Positions 59,237 to 64,000 of a DNA stretch of 64,000 nucleotides are shown here, one piece after another. The first letter of the stretch is position 1. Every line of letters starts with the position of its first letter. The position numbers and the translations under genes were made by a program. The notes beneath the pieces are model-generated. The model did not search any database and had not been told where the DNA came from. It worked only from the letters and a program-made list of their open reading frames with translations. Source of the stretch: a virus (taxonomy: Duplodnaviria; Caudoviricetes). The DNA lies in the IMG/VR virus record IMGVR_UViG_3300023218_000062; one strand, given 5' to 3'.

Positions 59237-60667
59237 TCATCCGTCTACGTTTTTAGTAACCTTATCTAACCACCCGCCAGATTTGCTGTGGGGCCATACA
59301 GTATACGTGCTTGGGGCTACACTTGACAAGAAAATGAACCGATAATCAATAAACTCGTTACCGCTGGTCACATATTTCTTGAATTGTGGTCCTGATAAGT
59401 CTTTTCTATGTATTTCATTTCCATCTACATCATGTGCGCCCACAAAACAGAAATCTATGTCATCTAATACTTTACCATTATCAAATGCCGAAGGAAATTC
59501 ATTTTTATGTACACATACTCTTACGTCATTTGATCGCGCAAACGATTCTTTCCATTCTTGTTCATTTGAATATGGTATGTTAACCGGAGGTTCTTTTTGA
59601 TCCAGTGTTGGTTGCTGTACACCCCTATGCTCGAAACTAATTCCTGCATACTCTTCATATTGTCGTAATGTCCTTTCATTACCAAATCCATATTTACCAA
59701 AATCAATCTGATTGGGGTCTTCACCATTCATTCCAAATAAAACCCTATTTCTTTTGTGGGCCATGTTATTTCTTTCCACCCAATCCTTTTCAACTTTTCC
59801 TTTCTTTTTATTTATAGTTGTATGATCATCCCACACTTTAGTTCTACCTTTTCTGGTATATTCATGCCATATCAGTAACTTATGTGGTGTAAACAGATCG
59901 TATCCATGAGTATATGCTCTAGCAGATATTGAGATTTCTTCTCCATGAAAGAAACAGAATTTATCATGTTGTACATCTTCTGCAAACGATCCGTCAGCGA
60001 AACAAAAATGGCCAGAATAAAATCTAGCACGTTGAGGTCTATCACGCTCTTTCCAATTTTTCATTTCAGATGGTATAAAGAACACTGCACCTTCTGGTAT
60101 AAACCTATCAAAGTTTGTTTGCCATGGTATTTGTACTCTTCCATTAGGATCATTTTCAGGATTATACGAAGGTATATAGCCCGTTAAAATAGGTTTTGGA
60201 GTATCCGAAGTTCTAATACTTTCTAACATTTCTATTAATTCTTTATCCCAATATTCTATAAATCTATGATGGGAATCCAACTGTAACGTATATTTTTCTC
60301 CATTATATTGTTGCTGAATTAAATTTCTAGCCCAGCAGGTTCCTTTAGTTTCTGTATAGTTTAGGTCTATTAAATCAACGGATGCTTCATTTTTATTAAG
60401 TTCTATGATATTAACTTCTTTTTTTATATCATCAATATCGATAAATTTATATGTTCTATAACTCCTTACATCAAAATCTGCATCCAAAAAATCATCTATA
60501 CTTTGCTCGTCACCATGCTGCCAATTTACCATTATATGTAAATTTTCTGGATATACACTATTACATATCATATTTTCAAGCGTGGGTATTAACTCGGGGT
60601 CTCTATAGCTTGCTATTTGAACAAATATTGTATCTTCCATCGTATTAAACGCACCATCTGTATACAC
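59237..60667 (-). CDS. GT60-like polypeptide GlcNAc-transferase
   Basis: IFVQIASYRDPEL, GTCWAR, LQLDSHHRF, FYSGHF.F, FHGEEISISAR.YTHGYD. Confidence 0.85.
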   Translation of the reverse strand: MYTDGAFNTMEDTIFVQIASYRDPELIPTLENMICNSVYPENLHIMVNWQHGDEQSIDDFLDADFDVRSYRTYKFIDIDDIKKEVNIIELNKNEASVDLIDLNYTETKGTCWARNLIQQQYNGEKYTLQLDSHHRFIEYWDKELIEMLESIRTSDTPKPILTGYIPSYNPENDPNGRVQIPWQTNFDRFIPEGAVFFIPSEMKNWKERDRPQRARFYSGHFCFADGSFAEDVQHDKFCFFHGEEISISARAYTHGYDLFTPHKLLIWHEYTRKGRTKVWDDHTTINKKKGKVEKDWVERNNMAHKRNRVLFGMNGEDPNQIDFGKYGFGNERTLRQYEEYAGISFEHRGVQQPTLDQKEPPVNIPYSNEQEWKESFARSNDVRVCVHKNEFPSAFDNGKVLDDIDFCFVGAHDVDGNEIHRKDLSGPQFKKYVTSGNEFIDYRFIFLSSVAPSTYTVWPHSKSGGWLDKVTKNVDG

Positions 60668-60684
60668 CGCTATATTTATATAAG

Positions 60685-60711
60685 AAAAAGGGAGGCGATG
60701 CCTCCCTTTTT
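60685..60711. terminator. rho-independent terminator
   Basis: AAAAAGGGAGGC-GAT-GCCTCCCTTTTT. Confidence 0.85.
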
Positions 60712-60732
60712 GCGTGTTGACTAAAGTGATCT

Positions 60733-61200
60733 TTAGTCATTTTTTGGTGGCCGTCCCGGTCCACGTTTTGGTTTTTTTGGTGCATTGCCACCTTCAGGTC
60801 TTTTAGCTTCGGGTCTTTTAGCTTCGGGGGCCTGCTGCTGCCTAGGACGTTTCTGTGGTGTCATTGGGTTTGCAGTTTGGCGTAGTCCGCTTCGCGTATC
60901 CGACGGGGAAATAAGCTGACCAGATTTAGTTCTTACTTGGACTAACTGATGAAAATATTGCAATGCGTTCATACCGTTTTTAAGGGTAACTTGGCTCATG
61001 ACATCCCATAGTGGAGTTTTGTTTGCATCCCGTCTATTAAGTATTCTATTCATTCTTTTAATATCTATCTCATCTAGACTTTCTTCTTTTATAAAATAAA
61101 CATCCCCATTTGAGTCTTCTTTTAGTATAACAACGTTATACCCGATTCCGTTTCCATAGATATCCATTGCTCTGTAATGATGATAATTTTGGTCTTTCAT
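60733..61200 (-). CDS. conserved jumbo-phage hypothetical protein with an AT-hook-like tail
   Basis: LWDVMSQVTLKNGMNALQYFHQ; C-terminal KPKRGPGRPPK. Confidence 0.7.
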   Translation of the reverse strand: MKDQNYHHYRAMDIYGNGIGYNVVILKEDSNGDVYFIKEESLDEIDIKRMNRILNRRDANKTPLWDVMSQVTLKNGMNALQYFHQLVQVRTKSGQLISPSDTRSGLRQTANPMTPQKRPRQQQAPEAKRPEAKRPEGGNAPKKPKRGPGRPPKND

Positions 61201-61349
61201 TAAAAATCTCCTTTAAATTTGTATTTTTATAGATAATGTTGTATAATATTATCTTTTCTAACATATATTTAGCACTTTCAAAAAAGTGTGATTTATGATA
61301 TACTAGAAGTATTAACATTTATAGAGATATTACAACACAAGGAGAAAAT

Positions 61350-61799
61350 ATGAAAGAAAAAATATATAGAGCAGGAATGATTCCATTTTTTGTGGATGAA
61401 AATAATAATATTGAAATGAAATTCATGGTTCCATCAGACCAAAAGTTTGGTACCAGTGATCCACAATTTGCAAAGGGGAGAATTGAAAAAAATGAAATAC
61501 ACGAAGAGGCGGCCATCCGAGAAGCCAAAGAAGAACTAGGCTTAAGAGAAGATAATGTTAAATGGTTTAACTATCTAGGAGTTTTTTTGGGTAGGACACA
61601 CATATATATTTGTGAGGTTAAGAATAAAGAAGATTTTGACGAACCTCATTATGAGACAGAATCTATACATTGGATGACTTTAGAGGATTTTGAAAAACAT
61701 GGGCGTGAGCTTCATAGGCCCGTAATACGAGAGGCTTATCTAACCTTTAATTTAATTAAAGAAGAAGGGGTCTATGGGGAAGACGGCAAAGAAGAATAA
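61350..61799 (+). CDS. NUDIX hydrolase
   Basis: KGRIEKNEIHEEAAIREAKEELG Nudix box. Confidence 0.9.
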   Translation: MKEKIYRAGMIPFFVDENNNIEMKFMVPSDQKFGTSDPQFAKGRIEKNEIHEEAAIREAKEELGLREDNVKWFNYLGVFLGRTHIYICEVKNKEDFDEPHYETESIHWMTLEDFEKHGRELHRPVIREAYLTFNLIKEEGVYGEDGKEE

Positions 61800-61803
61800 T
61801 AAT

Positions 61804-62562
61804 CTATATTTTTACTTCATTTAATTCCAACGATATTTCATAAAATATATTTCCGGGATTTTTTATGAAATATTCGTTGGATCTTCCATTTCCAAAAAAT
61901 TGCTCCCCATTTCTTTCTATAATTGAGAGCCAATCAAAATCAGGTTCATGTTTATATAATTTAATTATTTTAAATTCTGAATCCTTTATGATATTATTCG
62001 GTGAAGTATCTACACCAAATATATATATATTTGGGTATTGTGCATCTTGATATCTTCCAATAAAAAAATACTTTTCTGTACTCTGTGCATATTCTATTTT
62101 ATGATGAATTCGTGTGCCTAAAAATTCACTCCATGTAAACCATTCTCCAGTTCGCTGGTAATATACATCAGGTCTTGCTGGTATATCGACGGGTTTATCT
62201 CCTGTTCTACAATATTTATGCCATTGGTTTACTGAAGTAAATCCCAGTTTTCTCGCAAACGCTTTTGCATCTTCATAGGCCCTAAAGTTGGGCCCTTTAC
62301 CCGGCATTTCATTATATGTGCCTAGGAAATATCCCCAACCCCTCCAATCATTCTTATATGCCCTATCCGGGCGCTTAGGAAGCTTTGCAGGGGTATTTAA
62401 AGCATACCATTGGGCATATTCTCTAACAGATCGCAAATTTTCCATGCGGACCTTTTCGACAGCTTCGTCAAATTCATAATTTCGCCTAGGTCTTCCGGGT
62501 GGATTTTTAGGTATATTTTTTTTAGGTTTTTTTGGTCTACCCCTCTTTTTTATATTTCCCAT
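61804..62562 (-). CDS. DNA-binding protein with AT-hook-like motifs and integrase-repeat units
   Basis: KKRGRPKK, PGRPRR; two units ending Y...W..W..FLG. Confidence 0.7.
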   Translation of the reverse strand: MGNIKKRGRPKKPKKNIPKNPPGRPRRNYEFDEAVEKVRMENLRSVREYAQWYALNTPAKLPKRPDRAYKNDWRGWGYFLGTYNEMPGKGPNFRAYEDAKAFARKLGFTSVNQWHKYCRTGDKPVDIPARPDVYYQRTGEWFTWSEFLGTRIHHKIEYAQSTEKYFFIGRYQDAQYPNIYIFGVDTSPNNIIKDSEFKIIKLYKHEPDFDWLSIIERNGEQFFGNGRSNEYFIKNPGNIFYEISLELNEVKI

Positions 62563-62602
62563 TTTAATAAATAATAATTAGTTTATTGCTGTTTATATTT
62601 AT

Positions 62603-63052
62603 ATGCAAAAAATTAGTGATGTCTTATTAGAAGGGGCTCATATTGTTGATGCATGGAGACTCATACCAAGAGCTATCGTTGCAATGTATGGGTTCATGAT
62701 ATACAAATTATTTGTTTGGTACACTAGCATTCCCACACATGAAGAAACATCTTGCAACAATGCATTAGTACAAACTTTATTGGAAAATAATATTGATATT
62801 GATAAAGCTATGGAATTAGCTTGTACAGTAGTTGATACTGTTGGGGGGCCAACTGGCTCTCAAACTTCTTTTGTAACTGTTATCGTAGGTCTATCTTCTG
62901 CTATGTTTGGATTTTATGTGAATAGTGGAGGTAATTGGAGAAGTGCCGGTGTTGAATCCCACAACTCTACAAAGAAAGGAAGTATTCCGTGGAGAAGAGG
63001 TAGGGGTAATGGAAGAGATGAATCAGTTGAAAGAGACCCCCGTCCAGAATAA
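62603..63052 (+). CDS. two-TM membrane protein (holin-like)
   Basis: DAWRLIPRA-TM...TM-YVNSG, basic C-terminus. Confidence 0.55.
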   Translation: MQKISDVLLEGAHIVDAWRLIPRAIVAMYGFMIYKLFVWYTSIPTHEETSCNNALVQTLLENNIDIDKAMELACTVVDTVGGPTGSQTSFVTVIVGLSSAMFGFYVNSGGNWRSAGVESHNSTKKGSIPWRRGRGNGRDESVERDPRPE

Positions 63053-64000
63053 TTAACTCTGTGGCTTATTATTTAAAAAATCCGTTAATTCGGTTACTCT
63101 AGAACTAATATTCCCCAATGAATTTTTTCCAGCAAATCGAATGAATTTTAATAGATCTAGTTCTTTTTCTTTCCCCATTTCTTTTATTATAGCTTTTTTA
63201 ATTTGTTTTTTTATATATTTTGGTTGTTTATCTAAGCATAAGAGTAATTCATTCTCTTTGAAAATATCCCTAACTCTATACTTTTTTTCTATATATTTTT
63301 TTTCTATATCACAATAAATTGTTTCCTCAAATTCATGGTTCATTATGTTACTTTTTTTCACATCATCATAATATGCTTCTACAAGTTTATTTTTCCTAAG
63401 TCTGGGGTAGCTTGAACGGACATTATCTTTTGAATCTCCGCGAATACATTTTTCAAAAATCATCAGCCCCGCGTCATTATTCCACTCTTCTAAGTTTCTA
63501 TCTAATCCGTATTTAAGGGGGTTAATAATCTTTACATTATCATATTTTAATAGTTGTAAGTAATCTTTATCACTTGAACACAAAACTACTTCAACTCCGG
63601 GCTCATTACTATACATATCACAGATAGCACCAGCAAAATCATCAGCCTCTATTAACGGCTCTTGTAAAACATACAATTTGGTATGTTTGAAAAGATTAAC
63701 CATTTCATCTATTTTTTGGTTTAAATACTTTTTAGCTTCTAATTCTTTTTTAGTTTTCTTTTCTTTCCTATTAGCTTTATATACTTTATTGGTTAAAGAT
63801 TCGGGTGACTTAGTGTATTTTTCTCTCCATGTAATACCAGAATCGAACCCTATTATAGTTGTATGTGGTTTAATTTTATCATACATATATTTGAATTCTA
63901 ATATAGTTTTGGATATTGAATAATCAATAGAGCTAATATAATCCCCACCATTTTTCTTTTCGGTGTGATAATTTTTATGTGCTATATTATTTCCATCTAT
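63053..64000 (-). CDS. rnh: T4 RNase H / FEN1-like 5'-3' exonuclease, 5'-partial
   Basis: frame open to the window edge (IDGNNIAHK), FDS...WR, Y.ANR, EADD, SSDKDYLQL, GDSKDNV. Confidence 0.9.
   Translation of the reverse strand: MDGNNIAHKNYHTEKKNGGDYISSIDYSISKTILEFKYMYDKIKPHTTIIGFDSGITWREKYTKSPESLTNKVYKANRKEKKTKKELEAKKYLNQKIDEMVNLFKHTKLYVLQEPLIEADDFAGAICDMYSNEPGVEVVLCSSDKDYLQLLKYDNVKIINPLKYGLDRNLEEWNNDAGLMIFEKCIRGDSKDNVRSSYPRLRKNKLVEAYYDDVKKSNIMNHEFEETIYCDIEKKYIEKKYRVRDIFKENELLLCLDKQPKYIKKQIKKAIIKEMGKEKELDLLKFIRFAGKNSLGNISSRVTELTDFLNNKPQS

Noticed and set aside
1-64000. Genome-wide stop-codon reassignment (UGA=Trp/Gly or UAG=Gln)
   Set aside because: TGA ends genes in coupled ATGA overlaps (e.g. 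6572-6575, 5763-5766), Trp is normally TGG, and broken genes contain TAA and TAG as well as TGA

Overview
AT-rich, intronless, densely coding window that reads as part of a large (jumbo, T4-related myovirus-like) bacteriophage genome, probably infecting a Gram-negative aquatic host. It carries nucleotide-metabolism genes (guaC, thyA, ribonucleotide reductase, dNMP kinase, 5'-nucleotidase, NUDIX, RNase H/FEN-like nuclease), sigma70-type and TATAAATA (T4 late-type) promoters, about 20 minus-strand tRNA or tRNA-like genes at 20-40.5 kb (several atypical or decayed), many glycosyl-, methyl- and sulfo-transferases, Pro/Thr-repeat virion-type proteins, and tnpB/IS200-IS605 relics. Most notable: (1) a TROVE/Ro60-like-TerD gene with a dispersed family of Y-RNA-like stem-loops, one containing a circularly permuted tRNA; (2) a ~580-nt tmRNA-like RNA; (3) an 8/4 allo-type tRNA-Ser and a tRNA with a 9-nt anticodon loop; (4) a PlcP+Agt-like lipid-remodelling pair; (5) a GT60 glycosyltransferase near mucin-like virion proteins; (6) an Acb2-like anti-CBASS gene whose conserved Trp codon is UGA; (7) an HvfA-like RiPP precursor. 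All family calls come from motif recognition by eye; no database searches were run.
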